DNA from: Elsinoe ampelina
Lineage: Eukaryota
Direction: 5' to 3'
Assembly (NCBI GenBank): GCA_010093995.1
Contig: ML992504.1
Coordinates: forward strand, 1,601,394-1,665,393
DNA: 64,000 nt
Shown: positions 12,442-25,184 of the stretch, in pieces
Layout of the letters: every line of letters begins with the position of its first letter
Position numbering within the stretch: position 1 is the stretch's first letter
Notes under the pieces: model-generated
Database searches by the model: none
What the model saw: the letters and a program-made list of their open reading frames with translations, nothing else
What the model was told of the DNA's origin: nothing
Program-made: the position numbers and the translations under genes

Positions 12442-12931
12442 TGGGAGCACGCGGGGCGATGGACGGGGGAGGGTTTGCGAGTGACGTCGAGGGGAGAGAC
12501 AACCGGGAGGGAGCTTATCTGCTGATTGTTTTGAGTAAATGCGAAAGGGGGGCTCGATGGTGACAAGGAGTATTTGATATTGTGCAGATAGTGGATGATG
12601 GTGAAGTGCTTGAGTGGGAAGCTGCATCAATCCAAGATGATATGCCCGCCCCTTAGATGCTGCTGCAGTGTCACAACAAAGATGGTTCATGGTCCTCATG
12701 AAAGTATACACAAAGATTGAATTGGATTATTGACGTGAAGTAGACCAAACACGAGCAAGCTACCGTAGCCGCTCAGACGTTTTTCTGGTATCATCGCTCG
12801 TCCGCCAGTCCCTAGCATGAAACTGTTTCGCTCTCAGGTGTGACAAAGTAAAAGATTGCTCCAACGAGCAAATGGTATCGACCAATCTCGTGCCAGAGCA
12901 ACACGGTTGTTGATGATCTCACTGCTTGCCA

Positions 12932-13696
12932 TCAAAACTCCGGATCCTCTATCATTCGCCTCTCGAATTGGCGTCTCTCATTACGGTTGGGATCGATGGT
13001 CCAAGGTTGGCCGCGCTTCGCATGGTGCATGCGACGAGCATAGCCCTCCATCCACAACCCACGATCGAACATCCTCCTCGTTCCCGCGATATCAATAATC
13101 CGTCTGTAGTACTCCCAGCAGCAATCTATCGGATTGGACTCAAAACCGATCCATAGTGCGAATCTATGTCTGAACTCTCCCCAGGCGAGATTGGTGGTTG
13201 GCCTACTCGCTGCCTTTGCTATGCGCCATGCTCCGATGGTTTCATTCATGACATTACGACGGAAATTGTTGGCTTCGTGTTCCGTCAGTGTCATCGGAGG
13301 CGATGGCAGGCATATCGGATGGACAAGGATGTGAGGTGATGTGCACATCGGCTCAGGACTGTGGGCGCGCTCAGCGCAAGCAGTGTATGGCTCTGCTGAC
13401 CTCTCTCGGTCTCTGGGCCCGTTGCTTTGGGCAGCAATTTCATCGGCCGTGGCATAGGCTGGAACTTCTCCTGCACCAGCGTTCTGGGTCAAGTTTGGGC
13501 TGTCATGCCGGGGCGCAGAACTGTTGGTGACTGATTCGATCGTGTGAAGGTCGTCGACATGTTCCAAGTCCAGTATGCTCACTCGCTCGGGCGTTTTTGA
13601 CAACCCCAAATGTTGGCTGTTCGCCGACATCTCTGCCGGGGGACTGTCTGAAAAGCCGGGCGCGGACTCAATTTGCTTGGAAGAACCGCCATTCAT
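12932..13696 (-). CDS. Hypothetical protein, in frame with and immediately downstream of SPT7
   Basis: Open frame from 13747 to the stop at 12932; first ATG at 13696. Disordered N-half, then a W/R/F-rich, folded-looking C-half (LAWGEFRHRFALWIGFESNPIDCCWEYYRR). Confidence 0.5.
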   Translation of the reverse strand: MNGGSSKQIESAPGFSDSPPAEMSANSQHLGLSKTPERVSILDLEHVDDLHTIESVTNSSAPRHDSPNLTQNAGAGEVPAYATADEIAAQSNGPRDRERSAEPYTACAERAHSPEPMCTSPHILVHPICLPSPPMTLTEHEANNFRRNVMNETIGAWRIAKAASRPTTNLAWGEFRHRFALWIGFESNPIDCCWEYYRRIIDIAGTRRMFDRGLWMEGYARRMHHAKRGQPWTIDPNRNERRQFERRMIEDPEF

Positions 13697-13747
13697 GATC
13701 GCAGTACGATTGCCACTACCCGCTGACGGTTCCGGCACATCAGCCTC

Positions 13748-16700
13748 CTAAGCAGCCACGATACTCTCCGGGCTCATCATGCCACCACCTCCCTCCTTTT
13801 CCGGATCTCCATTTGTCGTGGCACCCATGTTAACATCAGGCATGTCCAGCTTCAGCGGTCTGATCTCCTTGATCTTCTTATCCTCCTTGTCGCCATCTCC
13901 CTTCTTGAGCTCTTCCAGCTTCCGCTTCTTCTTTGCCGCCTGTTGCTGCTCCCGCAAAGGCCTCTTACGTGGACTGCTGATCTTGCCCGTAGGACCCAAA
14001 CGCGGCTTCGGAAAGCGCTGCTTGGGCGGGAGGTCTTCGTCATCCACGAGTGGTCGACCATTGGTCAGAGCAAGCTTGCTAGCAAAGAAGTCTTGAGCCA
14101 ATCCGATGATACCAGTGACATTCTCAGCAGTGATGGGCTCGAAGGGTTCAGGAACGGAGAAGACAACGCTGGATGTCGTAGTTGCGACGGCGTTGTTGGC
14201 GTTGTAGGCATTGTGGAGACGATTCTGGAGCAGGTGGAATGGCACAGACATGCTGTCCATGCCGAATTCCTCGAGGAGACCCATCTCCTTGAAGCCGAAG
14301 AAGTCCTCGTCAATGTCCTCAGCAAAGTCGCCACCAACAAATTGCTCGGACCCATCGTTGAAGGCGCCTGCCCCGTCTTGTCCGGCATTTTCGGTGAGTG
14401 CAGGACGCTGTGATGTTAGTACCGAGTGTATGAAGCATAGACGTGCGACTTACCAGAATTTCAGCAAAGTGCGACTTCAAGCGTTCATGCACGACCAGAA
14501 GCTTCGTGCCGAGACGATCCATGTCTTCCTTGACATATGAATCTAGACCGTCGAGATCTAGACCATTCTCATGCAATGCATGGAGAAGCTGATCCTCACC
14601 AGTGAATCTCGGCTTGTTATCAGCCTTCCTTCTTGGTTCCTGAGCATAGGTATTGAAGGTAGTGATAAGCTTGGTGAAGAAATCGGACGCAACGTCAGTG
14701 ATGGCTTCTAGCGCCGCAGGCTGGAAGTCCTCGAAGCCAGCATGGTAAAAGATCTTGCCGACTGAGCGCTGCAGCGTCGCTCTTGCTAGGTAAGGCGCCA
14801 TGATGGGACCGTCCTCGGTGACGGCCAAAGGCGGTATTGCTTGCTCGACAAAGGGCTGAGGATCGTATTTGGGAAATTGGTTCTGATAGCTCTGTGTCGT
14901 TGTTAGTCTGATGTCGTGAAGTGTCTGGAGAAGCACAAACCTGGTGCTGTATCTGGAGCTGCTTGACATAACCAATCTTGGCGCAAATCTTCCTCGTCTG
15001 CTGCATCTGGCGCATATTGCCCTCCATTCTCTCTGTAAGGCCACTGCTGGGAGAGGTGAAGTGTTCTGATGGGAACAGGCGAAGGAAGCTTTCCGTTTGT
15101 GGCATGACGTTGCCCTGATCATCTTCTTGCCATCTGAGGTGGTCGGCAATGCTGGGGATTGAAGTTACCAGCTCGTAATAATCGGGCAAAGTCTTGTCGT
15201 GGTCTTTCTCAATCCCCTCGGCCAGACTTTCTCCTGTTGATGTTGCACCCTGCTTTGGATCGGCTTCTGCTTGCGCTTCAGCTCCAGCAGTGTTCTCAAG
15301 ATACTGCTTCTGTTGTCTCGCCCAACGTCGCATGCCAGCTTTTGATCTCAGGATGGCAGGTTCTTCAGCATTGAGATGGTCATTTCGGAAGAGCTTGTGG
15401 CGGTCCGCAGCTGCTGTTGCTCGATCCTTCTTAGTCACTTGCTTCCACGTCTTGTAGTCCGCATCATCTTCGTCGAGCTCTTCGAGCGGTGCAGGAGGAA
15501 TGCTGTCGACATCCATTGTGTCGGCCTGGCTACCATGAATGCCATTCACCATGGGCGTGGCATTGCCTGGAGGAGGCGTCGCGAAGCCGTTCAACAGGTC
15601 CCCTCCGCCTGGCGCATCGGACTCGCCTCGGACAAACTCATTTCGCAGGCTTGACATTGAAGCATGCATGGCCGGCTTCTGCTCCGCTGCTGGAGTACCT
15701 TCATGGTCATCTTTGGAGGCTTCTCGAGTAGTGCCGTTGGTCGGCCCCTTCTTTCCTTTGCTTGGCGCTTTCCGTCCACGAGATGCCATGATTGGCCGGT
15801 CGTCTTCGCTGTCTTCTCCACCGTCGAGATCGTTGTCCAGCCCGTGGTTGCGTCTCTCTTCCGCCTCTATCTCTGCTCTATCGCGGACTGTAATGTCGGG
15901 TATGAGTGGTACAAGTTTATCTGTCTCTTTGCGCATGGCAAGAGCTTTCTTCCTTAAAGGATGATTCGGGTCGGCATTGTAGGTCAAGCAGTTCGACCAG
16001 ATCAATTGAAGATCCCCTACAAACTCCCTCTTTGACTTGTACTGTAGACCCTTGAGCTTCTTGATCATAGAGCCTATGTCCATCGGGGTCTTGATGATGT
16101 GAAAGTAGTCTGGGGCGTCGCGCTTGTTGACTCTTGACAGGAATGGGGTCGAGTATTCGGTCATGGCTTTGAGCTCCATAAGCACCTTCTCTGCGGCCTC
16201 ATACAGCTCTTCTTGTCCGACTTTGTCTTCGCTCGCCCACTTGCTCCTCCCTTTTCGCACTTCGCTGATAAGATGTCGAAGCTGAGCATCGTTCGCTTTG
16301 ACCTCGCTGCGGCGCGCGTCGATTCGAGCAATGAGATTTTTGAGAGTCAGACTCGAAGCACCAAGATCTGCTTGCGCGAGCGATCCCTGAGCAGGGTTCG
16401 CCACTTGCACTTCGCCTGTCTTCGCTGGACCATCGCCAATCTCATTCTCTACATGTCGGTCTAGCTCATCCAACTTTTGTTGCTCCAGCATAGCATCCCT
16501 GTCGGACTCGAGAGTGAAGAACATGGTGTGGAAGTCCTTCTTCGCCAACTCTTCTGCCGCTTTCCTATCCTCTTCCAGCTTCTTACGCACATCTTCCACG
16601 CTCTTGCCATGATCTTGTGATGGTGCGCTGGTCGCGCTCGGGCCAGGTCGAGATGTCAGGGAAGGGGAGCGAGGCAGAGAGGGTGTTATGCCGTTTGTAA

Positions 16701-17151
16701 GAACCGCTTTGCCTTTTGTATGTAGAGGCGACTGGTTATGCGTAGATGTATCGTCATCATCTTCATCGTCGTCGCCATAGTCGTCCTCGATCTGGCGAGC
16801 GGCTTTCTTGGCGCGCGGAGTTGACTTCTGGACCTCAACAGAGACCTGGTCGCGACTTGCGCTATCTTGGTCGGACCCGCCTGGAATTTGGCGCGCAGAC
16901 TCTCCAAGACCAGAAAACAACGTGTCAATCTTCGACTCCATCTGCGACCACTTCTCTTTCAACATCTGATGGACGGGGTCTTCCTCAATCGTCACGTCCC
17001 CCTCGACGTCTGATGCCGCCGTGCCATCTCCAATTGGAGTATCGCTAGCTATACTGGCTTGTCGGCGAGCAGGAGACACAGCATGCGTACTCCGAGAGCG
17101 AAACAGAGCGTGGGTGGCGGCATTTCGAGGAGAGGGCTTGAGATGGTTCAT
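13748..17151 (-). CDS. SPT7: SAGA complex bromodomain subunit Spt7 (two introns near 14.41-14.45 and 14.89-14.94 kb)
   Basis: SKWASEDKVGQEELYEAAEKVL, bromodomain PFLSRVNKRDAPDYFHIIKTPMDIG...WSNCLTYN, histone-fold region FYHAGFEDFQPAALE, EDFFGFKEMGL, and C-terminal MMSPES. Confidence 0.95.
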
Positions 17152-17564
17152 TTCTTGGCGGCGTATGTCGCAGCGCAGAACCCCTCCCGATGCGATGTGA
17201 ATCCCTGCGCGCTCCTCGGGGAAACCGGTGGTCTGTTGATGATCATTGAGTCCTGTCCGATCCAAGCAATGATTTGATGATGGAAAATTGATGAAAATGT
17301 GCTGTTGGGAGATGCTCTGGTAGTGGCCGATTTACGTAGCAGTACACGGTCGTTCAGGGCCAACTGAGGTTGACGACCGAGTGAAGTCGGGAGAGCAATG
17401 GTCTTGGCACTCCGACGACTCGAGATTCGCGGCTTTGAGCTGCAAGGTGACACGATTGTTGATTGTCGACAATAGGTGGCCACTCTGTTCAATTTCCTTT
17501 CCAGTTCAGCCTTCAAGGTCCTTTGAATAACTACAATGCTTTTCTGACATTAAGGAAAGCAAAC

Positions 17565-18323
17565 ATGCGTGTGCGCAAACCATTTGCCGGTAATTGCTCC
17601 ATGTTTGTATCACTGCCGCGGACATGGCTGATCTCCTTACAGCTGCTTTCGCAGTGCTCATGTGTGCGTCGGCATACTTGGGACTGGCGCCGGTCACGAT
17701 ACCATCGTATATGCAGAGCGACAAGGCTCTCCACACGATCACCTTCTTCCTCTTGACAGTAAGTGATGCATTGATGCAGCCCGCTTCTCGACATCTGGCT
17801 GACAGGTCTAGCTCTGCTTCTACTGGATACTCGAAACCAGCCGACGACGAGCAGTACATTATACAATGCTGGCATGCACCGTCGGACTTGCCATTGGATC
17901 TGAAGTTGCACAGGGGCTCTTGCCTGTACGTTCTCACGACTTCCATTGCGCTCTCACCTTGCTAATGCCTGATAGAATGGACGCGAGTTTGATCCGTACG
18001 ATATTGCGGCCAATGTTGTAGGTTCTGGAGGAGCACTGTTGATATGCAGCTGGTATCACAAACGCATGTTGGAAAGGAGGCGAGCTGCAAAGACATACAA
18101 CCTTGTCCCGGGCGAAGACCAGGAAGTGGAGGTGGAGCTCGGAGAGCGTGTTGGTCGCGAAGAACAAGAAACGGGAGTAATTGGTGGAGCAGAGCAGACA
18201 GTGACCGAGCAGTTGGACAATTGGGATGAAAATGCAGAGGACTGGGATGATCCGGATGAGGATGATGTTGCCGGAAAGAAGGCAGGAACAAATGGCGATG
18301 TCAAGAAGACCAGCGTCGACTAG
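17565..18323 (+). CDS. VanZ-like membrane protein (3 introns)
   Basis: MRVRKPFA/AAFAVL...SDKALHTITFFLLT/LCFYWILETSRRR...SEVAQGLLP/NGREFDPYDIAANVVGS. The DKxxH, E..Q and R.FD..D..AN motifs are those of the VanZ family. Confidence 0.85.
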
Positions 18324-18574
18324 GAAATTTGAACGACATGCATGAATGATGCCGCGATGTCAGCTTAGCCATGTAGTATCTCATGTATTTTCAGGACCAG
18401 ACATCCTCGAAACCATTTGTATCGTCATGTTGGTATTTGCATTTGTCGGACGTATTTCTCTGCCTGAAACGCATCCCAATGCATTCATTTCCGATGCATG
18501 CCTTTGCCTTGACAGCTCAAGCCTTCATAGCCGTCGCAAACTGAGATTTCGAAACGCCACCCTCTTCACATCCT

Positions 18575-19136
18575 CTACGCAGCAGCACCAGCGGCAGCAG
18601 TCTTTGCGACCTGCTGAGGGTTGATCTTCTTGCCGTCCTTGTTGTATCGGACTCGTGGGGGAGGAGCACGGTTGCGGCGACCTTCGCGCGAGCGGACACT
18701 GGTTTATATTAGAGGTTGTCCATGCCTTCATCGAAGTCGTGGATCCAAGAGTGCTTTGAACATACCGGACAATCTTTCCGTGAATGGCGCAGGACACGCA
18801 GTACTGGAGCTTGAGGTACATCTTGGGGACGGAGTATTCGGCGAAAACGGAGGCATCAGAGATATCACCTGTGTTCCATATCAGTCCTCCTGTTCAGATA
18901 TTTGCCGGTCTTCTGTCCTCGGTCTGACGTACGGATCGCAGCTGACTCAACCATGTTCCTGATTGTGAATCTCTTGATCGCCTTGTCCTTTGGTGTGCAT
19001 CGAGAGCAGTTTGAGCATCTCACGGGCTTGACGTGACCCCTGCCCTTCTTGTTGCGACCGCTGTGATACGATTAGTATCCGGATATAATGCTTCGCGGAT
19101 CGGTATGTCGTACTTGGAAGCTCGCTTCTTGACCAT
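18575..19136 (-). CDS. RPS26: 40S ribosomal protein S26 (eS26), 3 introns
   Basis: [59 protein letters not shown]...[31 protein letters not shown]. Confidence 0.97.
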
Positions 19137-19442
19137 GCTGGGCGACTGTTGTTGCTTCGAATGGTGGTTGTAAGGTTGATTGGCGATCTGATCAGTCGGA
19201 GTTGAGGTGCAAAACGACGCTCCCAACTGCACGCACACAAATTCGAGTTCCGAACATCAACCGGCGTCATCTTGGCATTCGGTCGGCGGGTCGCTCCTCC
19301 GACCCCTTCCTTTTCCGAACTAGCGTCAAAGGGTGCTCTGTTTACTATCGACACATGACAGGCGGGCCGCAAACTTCCTGCTGGTCGTTTTCTCCTGCAG
19401 TCTAGAGCTCAAAGCTACAGCACATCGCCGCATATCCACAAT

Positions 19443-21573
19443 ATGTCTGCCGCGGGGAACTACCGAGGAACTCCTAAAGGGAGACCACAATCTGCTGCCT
19501 TTTCTGACAGTCCATCTGCAATTCCTCGACCAAAGTTGGAGACTCTCGCCAGTACCAGCAGCGACGCCGGCATGTCTTCACTAAGCGCCAGTCGGCAAAA
19601 ACAATCCAAGAGAGATGAGGTCAGTAGCCCGTAGCATTGGGCACGCCAATTGGAAGTAAGCTGATATTAGCAGGCCATTCGCAAGAAGATTGAGACGGAT
19701 CTCAATAAGAAGAAGAGCAATCCCGCCCGAGCCAGACAGGCACGAAAAGCTCCCCCTGGAACAGTACTCGCGCTTCGACCCAGTCCAGCTTTACAGATCA
19801 AGCCGAACACCACAGTAGCTGAAGCTGCCCAATTGATGGCAGCAAAGAGGGAAGATTGCGTACTTGTCACCGACGATGATGACCGAATCGCTGGTATCTT
19901 TACCGCAAAAGATTTGGCGTTCCGAGTGGTGGGCGAAGGTGTCAAGGCGAACACGGTCACCATCGATCAGATCATGACCAAGAATCCACTATGTGCGAAG
20001 ACGGACACAAGTGCGACAGATGCATTGGACCTGATGGTACGGAAAGGATTCAGACATTTGCCCGTCATGGACGAGAATCACGACATTTCGGGTATTCTGG
20101 ACATCACGAAATGTTTCTACGACGCCATGGAAAAGCTAGAGCGTGCCTATAGCTCCTCGCGAAAGCTCTACGACGCACTTGAGGGTGTTCAGGCTGAGCT
20201 GGGGTCAAGTCAACCCCAACAGATTATCCAATACGTTGAGGCTATCAGACAGAAAATGTCAGGGCCAACTCTGGAGTCGGTACTGAATGGTCTACCACCA
20301 GTGACCGTCTCCGTCAGGACCTCAGTCAAGGAAGCTGCCGCTCTCATGAAAGAGAATCACACCACTGCCGTTCTTGTACAAGACCAAGGCTCAATCACTG
20401 GTATCTTCACGAGCAAGGATGTCGTGCTTCGCGTTATTGCCGCGGGTCTTGATCCTGCCAATTGCAGCGTCGTGAGAGTCATGACGCCTCATCCGGACTT
20501 TGCCCCCATGGACATGAGCATCCAAGCAGCGCTCCGAAAGATGCATGGTGAGATCGATCGTGACACAACTGATATGCAACCGCTAATCATATACAGATGG
20601 ACACTACCTCAATCTTCCCGTCATGTCGCTAGAAGGAGAGATCGTCGGCATGGTCGATGTTCTCAAGCTGACCTACGCCACCCTCGACCAGGTCAACAGC
20701 ATGTCGACAGGTGACTCGGAAGGTCCAGCGTGGAATAAGTTCTGGATGTCCATCGACCACGACACTGAATCCATGATGTCAGGTGAGGGTTCGCATGCGC
20801 AATCTCGACATACACACGACGTTCGCTCGCAAGTCATGTCGCCTGATCTTTCTCGTCCTGGCATGGACAGGCTTGATAGTGTCGCGCCTGGAGACTCGGC
20901 ATCACATGCTGGCGTTGAGTCGCCCTCTACGTCAGCTGTTGGTGGTGCAAACACCTCGGCGGCCGAACTTCCCTTCCCCTTCAAGTTCAAGGCACCTTCA
21001 GGTCGTACGCATCGTCTTGCCATCGCGCCATCCGCAGGCATGCCAGCTCTGATCTCCGTGGTCGCAGACAAGCTTGGTCCTGAAGCTGCGTCTCTAGGCG
21101 GTGTGCCGACGTTCGACAGCGCGCTGTCCAGTACTGGCTTCGCGCTATCATATCTTGATAATGAAGGCGACACCGTCTCCATTACCACTGATGCCGATCT
21201 CATCGACGCGATTACTCTTGCGCGCAATGCTGGCCGCGAGAAGGTCGATCTCTTCGTACATCATCCTGACAAGGCTCCGATCCCAGCCACGACCAACCCA
21301 GCACCCTCGACCATGCCTACTCCACCAGAGAGCATCAAGGACCGGAAGTCCTTCGGCGTGCAAAGCGAGGACGACAGCGCCAACGAGGAGACCGAATTCG
21401 TCAGCGAGAAGCGCAAGGGCAAGAAGCGAGAACGGGCGCACGAAGTGGCGAAGCAGCCTCAAGAGCAGGTGATTCAAGGTGTGCCGAACGAGTTGCTTCT
21501 GCCCGGAGCCATCGTCACGTTGGCGGTGGTGATTGTGGGGGTGTTTGCTTTCACCAGGGGTAGCAAGAATTGA
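19443..21573 (+). CDS. CBS x4 plus PB1 domain protein with C-terminal TM anchor (2 introns)
   Basis: Repeated CBS motifs (AGIFTAKDLAFRV, GIFTSKDVVLRV), PB1 (FKFKAPSGRTHR...YLDNEGDTVSITTDADL), hydrophobic tail LLLPGAIVTLAVVIVGVF. Confidence 0.92.
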
Positions 21574-21756
21574 GATACCAGTCTGCAAGACATTGCAGCT
21601 TCACACAGGAGATAGGATTGATGATGTTCGCACGCAGTATCAGTGTCTTTTAGCCTTGTACATTAATGACTGTGCATCAGCACTCTACTTTTGATTCATG
21701 AGCGTTGGTCTTCATTCGATAGTACATTTCACTCGCCATGAGACCGTGGAAAACAA

Positions 21757-23031
21757 TCACCGGGCCCCGTCCTGCTTCACCAACTTGCCCTCCCAATCTC
21801 CCCTATCTATCTCAGTCTTATTCATCCGTGGTATATTCCACCACTGATCCGTCCACGGCGCTCTCTTCGCATACTCCGCCGCCCCCTTGGCAGCGACGTA
21901 CAACGGATCCTCGTCCACGAACGGCGGTATAGCCCGCCCATCAGCCACAAACTCCATCGCTTCGACGACATTCTTCTTGAAAACAGGCGAGTCTGCACTC
22001 TCCCCCATGAGGATGATCTTGCTGGGGAAGTCGTAGTGCTGCATCAAGTAGATATTGAAGATGAGTTCGCGGACGAGCGCCCAGTACTCGTCGATGTCAT
22101 CGGGGTCGGTGCGGGAGAGGAGCTCGTCGCTGCCGAGAGTCCAGTCCTGGCGAATGCGGTAGGGGGGTTCCCAGAGACTGAAGCCCCCGTGCATCCTCGC
22201 TACCGAAACGATAAAGGCGTCTCTCGTGTACAGGAGCACCATGATGTCGTCGAAATCGGAGTGGTAGGATTCGTTGTGGCAGCTTACGATGTCGGTGAAG
22301 TTGCTGCAGAGGCCGTAGCCGCAACCGGCGTAGGCGGTCATGGTTTCGTAGACGAGGTGATCGAGGAGGTGTTGCTTGTGCATCTCGACGCCGATGTGCT
22401 CGAAGGCGTCGATGATGTCTTCGTTGTAGACGGCTGCGAGGTGTGGGATAGTGGCGATTGCGGATGTGACGGGTTTGCCGGTGTATTGCTCGGCTTTGTC
22501 TCGCAGTGCTGCTAGCATGCCTGCTATGGTTCCGACATCTTCTGAGGCTGGGAAGCCGAATCGTTTGCGCCACCTGCGTAGCTGCTGACGTGGTATGTCG
22601 TTGAAGTCCTCGCCTGCATTGTTGTATGGTGGTCTGCTGTATTTAGTAGTGAAGGGAGTGGGTGGTTATGGTGATGCTCACGCAATGTGCTTGGACGATT
22701 CGAGAGATAATCGTTTCCAAGTTTCTCGGTATTTCTCGTTCCCTTCGACTTTATGGATTGAATGAGTGGTGCCATTGGGGTAGCTGATTGCCACTGTGCT
22801 AGTGAAGTCGTCAGCGGAAATTCACCATGCGCTGGAACGGCCTTACCCATAGAAAGCTGTCAGATCGAAGCCTATGCCTGGCTGGATGTGAAGAACATCC
22901 TTCGTCGGATCGTCTGCGTGATGGAAACCTGGTTGTGATGAATTGATATGTAATAGAGTGATCAAGTAAAGTGAGGAGACGATTGCGAGCAAAGCGAGCA
23001 GTCCACTCGACAACATTCTTCTTGCATACAT
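21757..23031 (-). CDS. Family A copy 1: signal-anchored protein with a degenerate Hsp70/actin-like NBD only (2 introns)
   Basis: Hydrophobic N-terminus, PGIGFDLTAFYG/TVAISYPNGT, LAALRDKAEQYTGKPVTSAIATIPHL, ILMGESADSP, DPLYVAAKGAAEYAKR. Both introns splice in frame. Confidence 0.8.
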
Positions 23032-23791
23032 GCTCGACCAGATGAGTGCGGAATGAAAGTGACGAAGACAGAAAGAATATCCAAGATGCCCATGGCTAGG
23101 TACCTACTTTCAAGCTCCTGTGTGTGGCGCGGTTGTGGGCGCGTCCTGCGACAAGGCCTGGCGGCAAGGGTGGTTCAGCTGAGCGCCGCAGGGCAAGGCT
23201 GAGTCATCACGCCACTCTTGCAGGCGGCTATGCGCCAGACCCCCTTCAATATTGTCCAAGTGTGTTCAATCTCGATCATTCAGTCCCTGGCACCTGAATA
23301 GCGGCTCATAGACTCTCTGCATGTCCTATAAATGGCTTTGAGCCACTGTGCCACCTACACCATGGTCTAGGGTACCACTGACGGCCAGACGCTCAAACAC
23401 TCAGCCTTCCTTCCAACCGGTGAGAGTATCTATGGGAGGGTCATCGTTGGATGACATGCCTGCGAACGTCCCCTCCAGCGCCGCTACACTCATGTAGGCT
23501 CCGTCTTATCACTGCGCCGTGGCATTCGAAACACCCATGGAGTGGTCAAGGCAAGAGTGGCATCAGGGCTTCTCCACCGCCTTGCACTGCTCTCCGGGCA
23601 CACATTCCTCCACAGAGATGTCCTATCTGAAACTCTGGCCAATTCAGCTGAAGTCCACAACCGCTGAGGCTTGAGCAGCTGCTCCTGGACTGTGCCGTAT
23701 ACCATGCATGTGCAAGATGTAATAAAAGGTGGACAACATGCCAGGTCGGTAGAGTACCCTTTCATTCATCAGAGTACTCGCCTCTTCTATC

Positions 23792-25184
23792 ATGGCTCTT
23801 CTGAAGTCTTTGCTGCTCTTTATCGCTACATGTACAGCCGCTCCTCTCCTCGGGCCACGAGATGACCCTATACCACTACGGTGGGCGACTGTAGGCGACA
23901 GCTGGGCGTCCAGTGTTGCATACGACAATAACGTAGCACTTGATGGCAATCAAGACAAATGCCTCGGAGCAAGGAGTCATACACATACCAGATGGAACAG
24001 GACGAGAGCTGGCGCTCAACTCCCCAAGACCTGAAGTTTCCCGCATGCTCAGGGGCGCAACTCATTGACATTGCCCATCCTACCATGGGTCAACAACAAA
24101 TCAAAAGGACCGGCGAACCTCGAGTGGTCATTATGACAATCGGTGGTAACAACGCTGGTTTCGCTAACATTGTCACGGACTGCATGTATCAACCATTTTG
24201 GTGGAGAGACTACGAAGGACCTTTTCCAGATGACGGAAAATGCGCTGCTGCCATTGCGGCAGCAGATAGAATATTGGACGACACCATCGGAACTGATATC
24301 ACCAACACATACATTGATATCTTCAACCACTTCAAGGACATGCCAAGTGATCTCAATGTCTACCACACCAGCTATGTGAGTGATGCACCCAGCCCTTCCA
24401 AACTCAAGCTGACGATTATCAGATACCCTTCTTCAACACCGAAGACAACTGGTGCCGCGACGAGAGCTTCGCTGTCTACCCTTTATCCTGGAAAAAGGAA
24501 CAGAAGCTCAACGTCGAGATTCGCACGGCCATGAACAATCTAGTCACCAAGATGAACAACATCATCGACCAAGCCGTCAGGGACTTTCAACCCCGCCTCG
24601 CCCAGTCCCAGCGACGTCTCCTCGCCCGCCAGAAGGACCTCTCCGACACAGGCCCCGTCATCCCCGACCGCCCCGACCCCCCTGCTCCCCCACCAGCAAC
24701 CCAACCATTCCAACCCCCAATCCAACCCGTCGTCGCAAAGCGAAACCTCGGCTTCATCGATCTCTCCGAAACCTTTAGCGGGCACCGCTTCTGCGAGACC
24801 AACTCCGACCACACGAAGCAGTACTACGGCAACGAAACCTACCTGTGGAATCTCAACTACTTCGGAACTCGCGAAGTGCCTGCCGACGGGAAAGTGCCGG
24901 CTCTCACGTCGGAGCAGAAAGTGCAGATGCAGACTGGTGAACTTGCTGGTGAAAGTGGAAGTGGTACGGACAATTCGATTAGTAACGGGTGGCATTTGCG
25001 ACCGTTTCATCCGACGGCGAGGGGAAACGAGGCGATCAAGGATGCGATTGTGCAGAGGCTGGTGCAGGATCAGATCCCTGGGGTGAAGTCGTTGACCAGT
25101 ATGTTGAATGGGGAGGCGATTAGTGGGAGTGTGCTTGGTGGGATACTTGCTGGGTTGAGGGGTATCATGGGCAAGGGTGCGTAA
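23792..25184 (+). pseudogene. Family B copy 1: secreted SGNH/GDSL hydrolase with a 1-nt deletion at ~23966 (pseudogene or sequencing error); intron 24376-24422
   Basis: Signal peptide, WATVGDSWAS, ACSGA, TIGGNNAGF, GHRFCE, RPFHP. It reads TGC CTC GG AGC AAG GAG where the paralog has TGC CTT CGT AGC AAG GAG. Confidence 0.75.
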
